From an uncultured Chloroflexia bacterium (lineage in GTDB: Bacteria > Chloroflexota > Dehalococcoidia > GIF9 > UBA5629), in NCBI GenBank assembly GCA_963752975.1, contig CAVWAG010000008.1, forward strand, positions 98,824-162,823: a stretch of DNA of 64,000 nt, given 5' to 3'. A program made the position numbers and the translations under genes. Every line of letters begins with the position of its first letter. Within the stretch, counting starts at the first letter, position 1. Under the pieces are notes generated by a model that was not told the origin of the DNA, searched no databases, and saw only the letters and a program-made list of their open reading frames with translations. Positions 48,075-58,259 of this stretch are shown one piece after another.

Positions 48075-48683
48075 CTATTTATTTACCTTGGTGGTTCCCG
48101 CCAGCTTCAGCTGGCCTTCGCTGATGGTGATTTCCTTTAAATCAGAGTGCAGTTCTTCCATCGGGGCATTCAATAGGATCATTATGTTGACAATATCCTG
48201 TATTCCCTCGTCAAAGCCTTGCGGCACGGGCACCTTGCCCAGGTAAAAATCCTTAATAACGAATTTGGGTTTACCGTTCTCTATATCAAGGGTCCCGATT
48301 ACCGCCGTTTTTACCGGGGCGGCAGGGAAGCTCCACGCATTGTAGACCACGAGATAACCGTCATTGAAATTTACCAGCATTTCCTTGGCTGGCAATGTGC
48401 CTTCCGCCAGGGCCATTACTATGAGTGAATTAATTTCCTCTTCAGTTATCGTAAGCTGCATATTTTTGGCCGGTTGGCTGCTGTCAATGGCCGCAGCTTC
48501 CTTTTTCAGCTCGCTGAGTTTATTATTCAGGCTGTCAACAGATTCGGCTGACAGTACAACGGGATGCATGCTCGAGCGTATATCCGGGGTCAGCAGCGCC
48601 AGTACGTAACCCACCAGCAGAGCAACAATGGCTAACACAGCCAGCGCGCCCATAAATATTAAAAATCCCTGAAGGATTTTCAT
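48075..48683 (-). CDS. Hypothetical membrane-anchored protein
   Basis: This is an intact 202-aa ORF with one N-terminal TM helix. I recognise no family for it. Confidence 0.5.
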   Translation of the reverse strand: MKILQGFLIFMGALAVLAIVALLVGYVLALLTPDIRSSMHPVVLSAESVDSLNNKLSELKKEAAAIDSSQPAKNMQLTITEEEINSLIVMALAEGTLPAKEMLVNFNDGYLVVYNAWSFPAAPVKTAVIGTLDIENGKPKFVIKDFYLGKVPVPQGFDEGIQDIVNIMILLNAPMEELHSDLKEITISEGQLKLAGTTKVNK

Positions 48684-48709
48684 TAAATTCCTCCTTAATG
48701 CTTGTGAAT

Positions 48710-50296
48710 CTACTCGAGATAGTCTTTAAGCTTGCGGCTCCTGCTGGGATGGCGCAATTTGCGCAGGGCTTTGGCCTCAATCTGCCGGATCCTCTCGCGT
48801 GTGACATTGAATTCTTTACCTACTTCCTCCAATGTACGGGCCCGGCCGTCTTCCAGGCCAAACCTCAATAAAAGCACCTTTCTCTCACGGTCGGTTAATT
48901 CTCCCAGTACTTTATCGAGTTGCGCCTTAAGCAATTCGCGTGAAGCCGCATCAGCGGGTGGAAGATTAGAGCGGTCTTCGATGAAATCACCCAGGTGGCT
49001 GTCCTCTTCCTCACCGATGGGCATTTCAAGGGAAATCGGTACCTGCGAAAGCTTCATAATTTCCCGGACTTTGTCTGCCGATATCTCCATACCCACGCCG
49101 ATTTCTTCACAGCTTGGCTCCCTGCCGAATTCCTGGGACAGCTTCCTGTTAACCTTTAGTAACCTGTTGATTGTTTCCACCATGTGTACGGGAATCCGTA
49201 TAGTCCTGGCCTGGTCGGCAATTGCCCTGGTGATCGCCTGCCTGATCCACCAGGTAGCGTAGGTGCTGAATTTATACCCTTTGCGGTACTCAAATTTTTC
49301 CACGGCACGGACCAACCCGATATTACCTTCCTGGATTAAATCAAGTAACGGCATGCCATGCCCGACATATTTCTTGGCTACACTGACGACAAGCCTCAGG
49401 TTGGACACCGTCAACTGCTTACTGGCTTCTTTGCCTTCTTTGTCGATAATATCGAATTTATGCTGGAAAGCATGATTATTGTCGTCAATCTTCGCAGCAA
49501 GTTTAACATCCCCGTTTTTGATAACTATCTGTTTTACCTTATCCCAGGTAGACTTGCCGTCGATGATAGAAAAAATCTCCGGATTGATTATCCTGACATA
49601 AATCGAATAATCGACTAACCTCTTTTCAATCTCAGAGTGCTCCAGGTTTAATTCTTTGGCAATTCTTTCTACGGTCTCAGGATTGATAAATTCGTCGATG
49701 GCCTGGTGAAGTTTCTGATTAAGTAATTTCTCTGTGAAACTGGGTTTTTTACCAACATTGAGATGTTCGGACAATTTATCCAGAACCGTGTCACAATCGC
49801 AGAGGTTTTTCAGCGCCTGAATAACAAAATCAGAGGTTGAAGGGAACCTGTTTAAGTTATGACGAAAACGGTCTTTGATATATTCCATATATTTGTAAGG
49901 CTCGATTTTGCTGGCCAATTCCCGCTCAAGTTTGGCGTTAAGCAATGGGTATTTGCCTATCTCGTGCAGGTACATCCTGACAGGGTCATCAATGGCCTCA
50001 TGCTCGGTAAGCTCAATTTCAATCCCTACCAGCGGTTTTTCCTCTTCCACTTCGGGTTTCAGCCACTCTTCAGCGAACTCGGCCGGGGCTTCGATGTCAC
50101 TAAATAGCAGTTCTTTTTCGACGTGCGTTATTACAGGGATTTCAGCCTTTGCCCACGGGTCGTGCCGAACCTCAAAGCCTTCCGGGGCCGGTTTCACTGC
50201 CGCTACCTCGGTAACGGCCGGTTTAAGCGATACTTTTTTTTCGACTTTTACAGGTCGTGCCTTTTTCTTACCAATCGGTTTTGTGCTTTTTACCAT
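48710..50296 (-). CDS. rpoD: Primary RNA polymerase sigma factor RpoD/SigA
   Basis: The 528-aa ORF has region 1.2 ([16 protein letters not shown]), region 2 ([37 protein letters not shown]) and region 4 (..[30 protein letters not shown]). It lies immediately downstream of dnaG. Confidence 0.95.
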   Translation of the reverse strand: MVKSTKPIGKKKARPVKVEKKVSLKPAVTEVAAVKPAPEGFEVRHDPWAKAEIPVITHVEKELLFSDIEAPAEFAEEWLKPEVEEEKPLVGIEIELTEHEAIDDPVRMYLHEIGKYPLLNAKLERELASKIEPYKYMEYIKDRFRHNLNRFPSTSDFVIQALKNLCDCDTVLDKLSEHLNVGKKPSFTEKLLNQKLHQAIDEFINPETVERIAKELNLEHSEIEKRLVDYSIYVRIINPEIFSIIDGKSTWDKVKQIVIKNGDVKLAAKIDDNNHAFQHKFDIIDKEGKEASKQLTVSNLRLVVSVAKKYVGHGMPLLDLIQEGNIGLVRAVEKFEYRKGYKFSTYATWWIRQAITRAIADQARTIRIPVHMVETINRLLKVNRKLSQEFGREPSCEEIGVGMEISADKVREIMKLSQVPISLEMPIGEEEDSHLGDFIEDRSNLPPADAASRELLKAQLDKVLGELTDRERKVLLLRFGLEDGRARTLEEVGKEFNVTRERIRQIEAKALRKLRHPSRSRKLKDYLE

Positions 50297-52168
50297 TTAG
50301 ACTCCCCTGGTGCGGCTGAAGAGGCGCCCCCGTTTCTTAAAGATACTCTGCAACTGCCGGCTTTCATCTATACCATGCTCTATCAGTTTAGCTACCTGGC
50401 TTTCAATGTCGCCCTTTTCCTTTTCTGCCGATAGTATCAGCTTTTTCTTTATTTCAAGGCTTCTGACATACCCTTCCAGCAAACGGTTGATACAATCCTT
50501 AAGTGCCAATTCCCTTTCTCTTTTATCGAGAATCAGGCTGCCCGGTAATCTGGTATGAAAGGACAGCACATGCCTGAAATAGTCGATCATGGACGGGTCA
50601 AGCCCCGCCATAATTGTATCTATATCAGGATTAGCCTGCCATTTTAATAATATATCCTTATTTTCAGAATGTTCAAAATAATCTGCTGAAAGATTTAATC
50701 CCTGTCCTCTTAAGTCCGTGTATTGCAACAGCAAAGTCAGGCAATACTCTTCAATGTAACGTGATGTTACAGTCAGGTCGGTATAATCCCGTTTTGCCTT
50801 GCGGTAATACGATGTTTTATTTTTTCTTTCTGCTGACTGTAAATCGAATAGCGCATCACTTACGAACCGCTCGTCAATTCCGAGCAATCCCGCCAGTTTT
50901 TGTACATAATGCGCACGCCGGATAGCATCATTTATCTGAGAAATAATGGGTAATAATTTTGAAACTACTGCGGATTTATCTTTGGAACTATCGAAATTAA
51001 TGTTAGCAATTTCTTTTTTTAAAGTAAAATCTATTATCGGTTGGGATTCCTTCAGTAATAGCGCCCACTTTTCAGGTGAATTCCGTATTATCTCATCAGG
51101 ATCTTTTCCATCACGGATTTCCACTACCTGGACTTCATATTTTACTAATTCTGCGTACGTCTTAGATTGCGTCCAGGGCATCCAATGGTCTTTGGGGATT
51201 TGCTCATCAATGGTCACTATGCTTCGGGTGGTTGCTTCGATTCCCGCCGGATCTGCGTCTAAGGCGACAACGATATTCTTGGTGAGTTTCCTCAATATGG
51301 AAATTTGCCGGTCGGTCAGGGCGGTCCCCATTGACGCAACAGTATTGCTGAATCCGTACTGATGAGCAGTGATGGTGTCCATGTAGCCCTCGGTGATAAC
51401 TACACTGTCCTTCTCCCTGATCGGGCCCTGGGCGCGGTCTATACCGAAAATAATGCTGCTCTTATCGAAGAGAACGGTCTGCGGCGAATTCAGATACTTC
51501 GGCAGCGAATCGTCCAGGGCACGGCCGCCGAACCCGGCTACACGCCTCTTGATATCCCGTATCGGGAAAATCAGCCTGTTTCTGAACCTGTCATAATATC
51601 CGCCGGTATCACGGGGTACGATTAAGCCAACCGCGAGTTGTTCCTCTGCTGCATAACCTGATTTGGTAAGATAATTCGTTAGTCCATCCCACTTGTTGGG
51701 AGCATAGCCAAGCTGAAAATCCCCGATCGCCAGGGAGGATAATCCCCGCTTATCCGCATATTGCCGGGCCGTTAAAGCCTCCGGTTCATGCAGCAGCAGA
51801 TAATGAAAATATTCGGCGGCAACCTCATTTAACTTGAGTAAACGGTCCAGTTTTGCGGTGTCTTCTTTGGAGCGCAGCTCAGTCTTGCTTGACAGGGTTA
51901 TGCCGGCCTTATCTGCAAGCAGGCGTAACGCCTGGCCAAAGTCCAGCCCCTCTTTTTTCATCACAAATGTGAATATGTCACCGCCTGTCGCGCAGGCGCC
52001 GAAGCAGTGCCAGCTTTGTTTCTCGGGAAAAACAAAGAACGAGGCCGTTTTTTCAGCGTGGAACGGGCAAGTTGCTTTGAAATTGCGCCCGGATTTGCTC
52101 AATTGAATGTATTGAGATATGACATCGACGATGTCCAATTTCTGCTTAATATCGTCTGTTACGTTCAT
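50297..52168 (-). CDS. dnaG: DNA primase DnaG
   Basis: The 623-aa ORF has a zinc ribbon ([25 protein letters not shown]) and a TOPRIM domain (..[17 protein letters not shown]..). Confidence 0.95.
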   Translation of the reverse strand: [623 protein letters not shown]

Positions 52169-52209
52169 TGCTTCACGGCCGGCCGTCGCTCTATTTCAGC
52201 GTCTGCGGA

Positions 52210-53244
52210 TCAGGATATCTGCGCTGCTCTGAGTATAGCATAATGATCGGTCATGCCTGCTATATAATCGGTTACCTGCCTTTCCACGGTATCGTTACTA
52301 AGAGTATATTCTTCCGGCAGGTATTGGGGATTGTTAATGTAGTAATTATACAGGGAAATGATTACTTGATGGGCTTGTGATGTCTCGGCTTCTTCAAGCC
52401 CGGCGAAATATACTCTGGAAAACAAAAACTCGCGGAGCTCATTAGCGGCATTTCGTATCGTTTCACTCATGCCGATCACCGTGATATCCTTCTCCGCAGA
52501 AGTCATTTTTTGGCCAGAGAAATCGACAATGTTGCTGACCAGCGTGTTGATGCGGTTTGAATTGGTCTCTCCCAGTATTTTTAACGTGGAAGCCGGCAAA
52601 TCTGACTGAGATATAACTCCCGCACGGATAGCATCTTCCAGGTCATGGTTGATATAAGCAACGAGGTCGGCCATTTTAACAACCTGGCCTTCAACCGTTG
52701 AAACATTGTTCCACCCTTCATCCAGGATTTCCAGGTTGCCCTTGGAGTGGTTGAGTATGCCATCTCTGACCTCCCAGGTCAGGTTGAGGCCCTTGCCGTT
52801 TCTCTCGACGCAATCAACAACGCGCAGGCTTTGTTCATAATGCCGGAAACCACCGGGAAGCAATTCATTTAGCACCTGCTCTCCTATATGACCGAAAGGG
52901 GTGTGGCCTAAATCATGCCCCAGGGCAATAGCCTCGGACAGGTCCTCATTGAGATTTAGAGCACGCGAGATAGTACGTGCTATTTGCGATACTTCAAGGG
53001 TGTGTGTTAGCCGCGTAACATAATGGTCACCGAGCGGGGCAATAAATACCTGTGTCTTGTGTTTCAGCCTTCTGAAGGCATTTGAGAATATAATACGGTC
53101 CCTGTCGCGCTGGTATGCCGTCCTCAGAGGACATGGTTCCTCGGCAATTAATCTTCCCCGGCTGTCTTTGCTGCGTGCAGCAAGAGGCGATAAACGTTCT
53201 TCAGCCTGTTCCAACCGCTGCCGGACCGATAAATCAGACATCAT
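52210..53244 (-). CDS. dGTPase-like HD-domain triphosphohydrolase
   Basis: The 344-aa ORF reads ..FRRLKHKTQVF..DHYVTRLTHTLEVSQI..GHDLGHTPFGH.., the HD motif context of Dgt-type proteins. Confidence 0.85.
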   Translation of the reverse strand: MMSDLSVRQRLEQAEERLSPLAARSKDSRGRLIAEEPCPLRTAYQRDRDRIIFSNAFRRLKHKTQVFIAPLGDHYVTRLTHTLEVSQIARTISRALNLNEDLSEAIALGHDLGHTPFGHIGEQVLNELLPGGFRHYEQSLRVVDCVERNGKGLNLTWEVRDGILNHSKGNLEILDEGWNNVSTVEGQVVKMADLVAYINHDLEDAIRAGVISQSDLPASTLKILGETNSNRINTLVSNIVDFSGQKMTSAEKDITVIGMSETIRNAANELREFLFSRVYFAGLEEAETSQAHQVIISLYNYYINNPQYLPEEYTLSNDTVERQVTDYIAGMTDHYAILRAAQIS

Positions 53245-53262
53245 CAGAGTTTCACAGGCGGG

Positions 53263-54363
53263 CTAAACATTAAACAGGAAATTGATAATATCGCCATCCT
53301 GGACGATATAGTTTTTACCTTCGAGTCTAAGTAAGCCGTGCTTGCGCGCCTCGGCCATAGTCCCGCTGCTGATAAAATCGTTATATCTGATTGCTTCCGC
53401 CCGGATAAATCCTTTTTCGATGTCCGTATGGATCTTGCCCGCTGCTTTGACGGCCTGTGTATTATCACGGATGGTCCATGCCTTAACCTCGTCGTCGCCT
53501 ACTGTAAAAAACGAGACCAGACCGAGCAGCGAATAGGAATGTTTAATAACTGCATCGAAAGCGGTTTCCTGCAAGCCTATGTCGCGGCGGAACTCTTCAG
53601 CCTCCTGGTCATTAAGCTGGACCAATTCCATTTCAAGTTTGCCGCACATGGATATTAAATCCACCTGTGGCATCGTATAGGTAGTTTTTAACGTTTCCAG
53701 TACTGTGCTGTATCCGGGAAGTTGCTTTTCCCCGATATTTATGACGATAAGCATGGGTTTCGCGGTCAAAAACTGGTAGTTATTAAGAGCGCGCAATTCG
53801 TCTGCTGTCAATTTTTGCAGCCTGATCGGGACACTCTTGTCTAAAGATTGCTTGATCCTGTTGAGAAGCTCCTGCTCCTTTAAGGCTGCGTCCCGTTCCG
53901 CCGATTTGCCCATTTTCAGGCCTGATTCAAGTCGGCTAAGCCGTTTTTCTATTATAGTTAGGTCGGAAAAAATCAGTTCCATATCGAGTGTTTCGATATC
54001 CCGCAAAGGGTCAATATTCCCCTCGATATGCGGGATATTCTCGTCTTCAAACGCCCGTACGACCTGAAGTATGGCATCCGCCGTGCTCAGGATATTAAGA
54101 AACTGGCCGCTCACCCCCTGTTCCTTCCCGAAACCCCTGGGCAGTCCACCGATATCTATGTATTTTATCTCGGCTGGAGTAGTTTTTTTGGGATGAAAGA
54201 TCTCACTGAGCTTGGATAACCTGGCATCCGGAACCTTGGCCACCGCGGGATTTGTAGTCAGGCCGCTGCCGGCATGCGGCTTGTGCTCGGCAGTGAACTT
54301 GGTCAGTGCATTGAAAATAGTTGTCTTTCCACTACCGGGTAAACCTATAATGCTTATTTCCAT
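53263..54363 (-). CDS. ychF: Redox-regulated ATPase YchF
   Basis: The ORF starts MEISIIGLPGSGKTTIFNALT (P-loop) and has a TGS-like C-terminus (..GFIRAEAIRYNDF..RLEGKNYIVQDGDIINFLFNV). The ATG at 54363 is preferred over the track start at 54426. Confidence 0.9.
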   Translation of the reverse strand: MEISIIGLPGSGKTTIFNALTKFTAEHKPHAGSGLTTNPAVAKVPDARLSKLSEIFHPKKTTPAEIKYIDIGGLPRGFGKEQGVSGQFLNILSTADAILQVVRAFEDENIPHIEGNIDPLRDIETLDMELIFSDLTIIEKRLSRLESGLKMGKSAERDAALKEQELLNRIKQSLDKSVPIRLQKLTADELRALNNYQFLTAKPMLIVINIGEKQLPGYSTVLETLKTTYTMPQVDLISMCGKLEMELVQLNDQEAEEFRRDIGLQETAFDAVIKHSYSLLGLVSFFTVGDDEVKAWTIRDNTQAVKAAGKIHTDIEKGFIRAEAIRYNDFISSGTMAEARKHGLLRLEGKNYIVQDGDIINFLFNV

Positions 54364-54442
54364 ATTAAGGCCTCGCTCAATTAAGAAACTATAGGACAGC
54401 CACGTTGAAAATGCAAAATCTCGCAATGAACATATTTATAAG

Positions 54443-54472
54443 TTGTGGCAGGATTATAGCCTGTGCTATAAT
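54443..54472 (+). promoter_or_regulatory. Putative sigma-70 promoter of the rpsF-ssb-rpsR operon
   Basis: TTGTGG (54443-48) is followed by an 18-nt spacer and TATAAT (54467-72), which is preceded by TGC. The GTG start is at 54503, after GGAGGG. Confidence 0.45.
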
Positions 54473-54502
54473 CAGTGGAATTTGCAATCTGGAGGGTTTA
54501 TT

Positions 54503-54790
54503 GTGCCCAGTTATGAACTGGTTTGTATTTTGAATGCAAGCCTAAGTGAAGATGATTTCTCCCGCGTATTGGGAAAGGTTAATGATCTTGTTACCAAATT
54601 CGGCGGTACGGTTAGCGAAACTACCCAGTGGGGCAAGAGAAGGCTTGCCTACCCGATTAATAAGCAGGCTGAAGGGAATTACGTATTCGAGAAAGTGCAG
54701 ATCAAGCAGACTGCTTTGAAAGAGCTTGATGCTAATTTGAAGCTTTCAGATGATGTAATAAGGTATTTGTTTATTCGTGAGAATAGCTAA
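54503..54790 (+). CDS. rpsF: 30S ribosomal protein S6
   Basis: VPSYELVCILNASLSEDD..WGKRRLAYPINK is characteristic of S6. A GTG start at 54503 follows GGAGGG, whereas the track ORF starts upstream at 54443. Confidence 0.9.
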   Translation: MPSYELVCILNASLSEDDFSRVLGKVNDLVTKFGGTVSETTQWGKRRLAYPINKQAEGNYVFEKVQIKQTALKELDANLKLSDDVIRYLFIRENS

Positions 54791-54807
54791 TACACGGAGG
54801 GGTAGAT

Positions 54808-55212
54808 ATGGCGAGTTTAAACAAGATCTTACTGATTGGCAATGTTGGCGGCGACCCCGAAATGAGATTTACGCCAAGCGGTGTACCCGTTACAACTTTT
54901 TCTCTGGCCACGAACCGCAATGTTACGCTACCGGACGGTTCGATCAAGAAGGAAACAGAATGGTTTCGCATTACTGCGTGGAGAAAGCAAGCTGAAACCT
55001 GTAACCAATTTTTAACCAAGGGTAAACTGGTTTATGTTGAAGGCAGTTTACGTACGAATACGTGGGATGGAAAGGATGGGCAAAAGCACACATCTCTTGA
55101 AGTTAATGCCGATCGGGTTTTGTTTATAGATAGGCAGGGTGCGGCTCCGCTACTACCGGACGAGGGCCCTGCAATTGAAGGTGATATTGAACCCGAAGAT
55201 ATCCCTTTCTAA
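54808..55212 (+). CDS. ssb: Single-stranded DNA-binding protein
   Basis: MASLNKILLIGNVGGDPEMRFTPSG is the OB-fold N-terminus, and the acidic C-terminal tip reads ..EPEDIPF. Confidence 0.95.
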   Translation: MASLNKILLIGNVGGDPEMRFTPSGVPVTTFSLATNRNVTLPDGSIKKETEWFRITAWRKQAETCNQFLTKGKLVYVEGSLRTNTWDGKDGQKHTSLEVNADRVLFIDRQGAAPLLPDEGPAIEGDIEPEDIPF

Positions 55213-55248
55213 ACCCCTAATTGTATATAAAGGAGTATTAATAGACTG

Positions 55249-55536
55249 ATGGAAAGCAATACCGGACTGAGAAGGGAGAGGGGGCGCAAATTTATTGTCA
55301 AACCCAAGGTTTGTATGTTTTGCGCGGATAAAGTGCCTATAGATTATAAGAATGTATCTCTTTTAGGACGTTTTGTTTCAGACAGGGGAAAGATTGTGCC
55401 GAGAAGGCGCACCGGTGTTTGTGCCAAGCATCAACGTAGTTTGGCCCAGGCTATCAAGCGGTCGCGTTTTCTGGCCATGTTACCATCGTCGCCCGAGCAC
55501 GTTTATAATATCAGCGGTGCCGATAAAAAAGCTTAA
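55249..55536 (+). CDS. rpsR: 30S ribosomal protein S18
   Basis: The ORF reads ..[58 protein letters not shown]. Confidence 0.95.
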   Translation: MESNTGLRRERGRKFIVKPKVCMFCADKVPIDYKNVSLLGRFVSDRGKIVPRRRTGVCAKHQRSLAQAIKRSRFLAMLPSSPEHVYNISGADKKA

Positions 55537-55554
55537 TGAATTTGGAGAATTGAA

Positions 55555-55693
55555 TTGCCCAAGAGGACTTATCAGCCAAAAAAGAGGAAGAATAAGGAAG
55601 CACGGCTTCCGCGCGCGCAATTCCACGCGCGGTGGGCGTGACGTTCTTAAAGCAAGGCGCGCCAAAGGCCGCTGGAAGCTAACTCAGGTATAG
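55555..55693 (+). pseudogene. rpmH: 50S ribosomal protein L34, 1-nt frameshift in an A6 run (about 55580-55586)
   Basis: GGAGA is followed 6 nt later by TTG (55555), which encodes (M)[10 protein letters not shown] shifted frame then reads ..[36 protein letters not shown]. The span is 139 nt. Removing one A from cagccAAAAAAgagg restores a 45-aa L34. Confidence 0.85.
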
Positions 55694-55700
55694 TGTAAAA

Positions 55701-56063
55701 ATGGCCAAGCGATTGGCTTTAACCAGGAGAGCACAATATTTAGCGGTATATAAATCGGGAAAAGCTGTTGCCGATAACATGCTTGTTATCAAGTCTCTTT
55801 GCAATAATCTCGACGTTTCACGGATTGGCTTCTCTGTAACCAAGGAGATGGGGAAAGCAACTGCCCGGAACCGTATTAAAAGGCTGCTGAAAGAGAACGT
55901 GCGGTTACTGGATATCGAGCAAGGTTGGGATATTGTATTTATAGCGAGACATGATATTGTAACGGCCGATTATGGTACGTTGTCCGCCCGTATTGTTAAG
56001 TTGTTGAACCGCGCCGGTATTTTGCATAAAGATGATGAAAAATTTAGCTCTGAAGTCAATTAA
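55701..56063 (+). CDS. rnpA: Ribonuclease P protein component
   Basis: This 120-aa basic protein reads ..[23 protein letters not shown].. and sits in the conserved position after rpmH. Confidence 0.9.
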   Translation: MAKRLALTRRAQYLAVYKSGKAVADNMLVIKSLCNNLDVSRIGFSVTKEMGKATARNRIKRLLKENVRLLDIEQGWDIVFIARHDIVTADYGTLSARIVKLLNRAGILHKDDEKFSSEVN

Positions 56064-56244
56064 GTTGTACCAGGGGACGGTCTCCCGTGTTACTCCGCCC
56101 GCCTGCCGTTTTACCCCAACTTGTTCTCAGTACGGTTATGAGGCGATTCAAAAATATGGCTTGCTGAAAGGCAGTTGGATGACCTTTTTAAGGATATGCA
56201 GATGCAATCCGTGGACTCCCTGTGGATACGACCCGGTTCCCTGA
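56032..56244 (+). CDS. yidD: Membrane protein insertion efficiency factor YidD
   Basis: ..[43 protein letters not shown] is the YidD signature. The gene overlaps rnpA by 32 nt. Confidence 0.9.
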   Translation: MMKNLALKSIKLYQGTVSRVTPPACRFTPTCSQYGYEAIQKYGLLKGSWMTFLRICRCNPWTPCGYDPVP

Positions 56245-56274
56245 TAAATTGAACAGTTGCAGACAGGATAATTG

Positions 56275-57456
56275 ATGAGCAGAATTAAGAAGTATATTAA
56301 ACCCCTGGTATTACTCGGCCTGATACTAATCGTATTTGTGACAGGATGTGGGCCAACGATGGGTGGTGGGTGTTCCGGCACTCAAACGCAGGGCTGGTCG
56401 GGGTTCGCGCTATATAAGAATGTTATTTGCTTTGGATCGATGGAGGGGAAGGTGATTGCCCTGGATCCGGCGGCCCGCAGCGAAAACAAAACCTTCCCGT
56501 CAGAAAGTGAGTGGTCATATCTCGTGAAGGTTTCTACGCCGGGGTCCGCCTGCGGAGCTGTGTGCGCTCCATCGTCTTCCTCATCGGGTCTGGGGATCTA
56601 TGATACGCCTGTTATAGTTGAAGAACTGGTTTATGTCGGGACTTATTCAGGCAAAATCTATGCGCTTAATGCCAGCCGGGGGGTGGTAAGGTGGATCTAT
56701 CCCCGGGAGGGCTATGACACGGTAGGCGCGATAGTCGGGAATATAGTGACCGACGGCAAGAGCCTGTACTTTGGCAGCGCTAACGGCAAGATATATGCCC
56801 TGGATGCAACAACCGGCGATTTTCAGTGGGAATTCCAAACGTCCAATAAAATATGGACCTCCCCTGCCATCGATAACGGCATAATTTATGCTGGAAATTA
56901 TGGCGGCAATGTTTATGCCATATCTGCCGAAACCGGCAAAGAGATATGGAGCATTAAAATCCCTTCAGCGGTTTCGTCGTCGATCAGTGTATATGAAAAC
57001 AGCCTGTATTTTGGCACATTTGACAGGAACCTTTATGCCATAGACAAGGCCAACGGGCAGGAAAAGTGGAAATTTGCTACCGGTAACTGGGTATGGGCGA
57101 GGCCTGTTATAGAGTCTGGCAAGATATACTCGGCCTGCCTTGACCATAAACTATATGCTTTGGATGCGCTGACGGGCAAGGAATTGTGGCAATTCACAGC
57201 GGAAAGTCCCATAGTCTCAACTCCGGTCATATCCGGTAATTACATAGACGTGATTTGCGATCACGGCATACTGTATAAACTTGATTTGGATAAAGGCACA
57301 CAGGTCAGCAGCGTAGCGCTTGGTTATACAGCATATGGCGATCTCTTTGCCGAAGGCGATACGGTGTATGTATATGCAAGGGACCACAATGTTTATGCCG
57401 TGGATACAGCCAAAGGTATTGTTTCGTGGAAATTCTCCTCATCGGTAAATAGGTAA
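56275..57456 (+). CDS. PQQ-like (BamB-like) eight-bladed beta-propeller lipoprotein
   Basis: The signal peptide carries a lipobox (..LILIVFVTGCG). Eight repeats of the G.(I/V)YA(L/I)D...G...W.F type follow (GKIYALNASRGVVRW, GKIYALDATTGDFQW, GNVYAISAETGKEIW, RNLYAIDKANGQEKW, HKLYALDALTGKELW, HNVYAVDTAKGIVSW and others). Confidence 0.8.
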   Translation: MSRIKKYIKPLVLLGLILIVFVTGCGPTMGGGCSGTQTQGWSGFALYKNVICFGSMEGKVIALDPAARSENKTFPSESEWSYLVKVSTPGSACGAVCAPSSSSSGLGIYDTPVIVEELVYVGTYSGKIYALNASRGVVRWIYPREGYDTVGAIVGNIVTDGKSLYFGSANGKIYALDATTGDFQWEFQTSNKIWTSPAIDNGIIYAGNYGGNVYAISAETGKEIWSIKIPSAVSSSISVYENSLYFGTFDRNLYAIDKANGQEKWKFATGNWVWARPVIESGKIYSACLDHKLYALDALTGKELWQFTAESPIVSTPVISGNYIDVICDHGILYKLDLDKGTQVSSVALGYTAYGDLFAEGDTVYVYARDHNVYAVDTAKGIVSWKFSSSVNR

Positions 57457-57461
57457 GATAA

Positions 57462-58259
57462 ATGGTTGAAATTTGGAATGTAGCGATACTTGACCCGATT
57501 TTGAACGGGCTGATTGCCCTTTCCCAGGTTTGTTATAACAATTTCGGCCTGGCGATTATCGTGCTCACGATTGTGGTCAGGATAGTCTTAATGCCGCTGA
57601 CATTTAAGCAAACGCAATCTACCAAGGCTATGCAGGCGATGCAGCCCAAGCTCCAGGAATTGCAAAAGAAGTACGCCAGGAACCAGCAGAAAATGCAGCA
57701 GGAGATGATGAGGCTATATAAGGAGGCCGGCATCAACCCGCTTGGCTGCATGTGGCCCATGCTCATACAGATGCCTATCTGGATCGCACTATACCAGTCT
57801 ATCATGCAGGCCCTTGCGGCAACGCCGGAAAACCTGCTGTCATTATCGCAGCATTTATATTCGTGGGATATCGTAGGACAGGCTATACCTCTGAACGAGG
57901 AATTTTTGGGCTTAAGACTATCACAGCCGGATCCCACATTAATATTGGCTATCCTGGTGGGCCTCTCGATGTGGGTGCAGCAGAAAATGGTTACTGCGCC
58001 GTCTACTGATCCCAAGCAGGCGCAGATGGCCAGCATGACCACCATGATGATGCCGATGATGTTTGCCTTCTTTACGCTGTCTTTTCCCAGCGGCCTCGCT
58101 TTATACTGGGTCGTATCAAATATAATTGGAATCGTAGTACAGTATTTTGTCGGCGGTGGTTGGGGTTACTTTACATTTCCCTCTTTCAAACCGCAACCGC
58201 AAACAGCTGCCTCCGAGCAGCAGCGGGCATTAAAAGAAGGAAGCGATAAAAAGAATTGA
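57462..58259 (+). CDS. yidC: Membrane protein insertase YidC (short, Gram-positive-type)
   Basis: The 265-aa ORF reads ..GLAIIVLTIVVRIVLMPLTFKQ..MQPKLQELQKKY..MMRLYKEAGINPLGCMWPMLIQMPIWIALY..PSGLALYWVVSNI... Confidence 0.9.
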   Translation: MVEIWNVAILDPILNGLIALSQVCYNNFGLAIIVLTIVVRIVLMPLTFKQTQSTKAMQAMQPKLQELQKKYARNQQKMQQEMMRLYKEAGINPLGCMWPMLIQMPIWIALYQSIMQALAATPENLLSLSQHLYSWDIVGQAIPLNEEFLGLRLSQPDPTLILAILVGLSMWVQQKMVTAPSTDPKQAQMASMTTMMMPMMFAFFTLSFPSGLALYWVVSNIIGIVVQYFVGGGWGYFTFPSFKPQPQTAASEQQRALKEGSDKKN

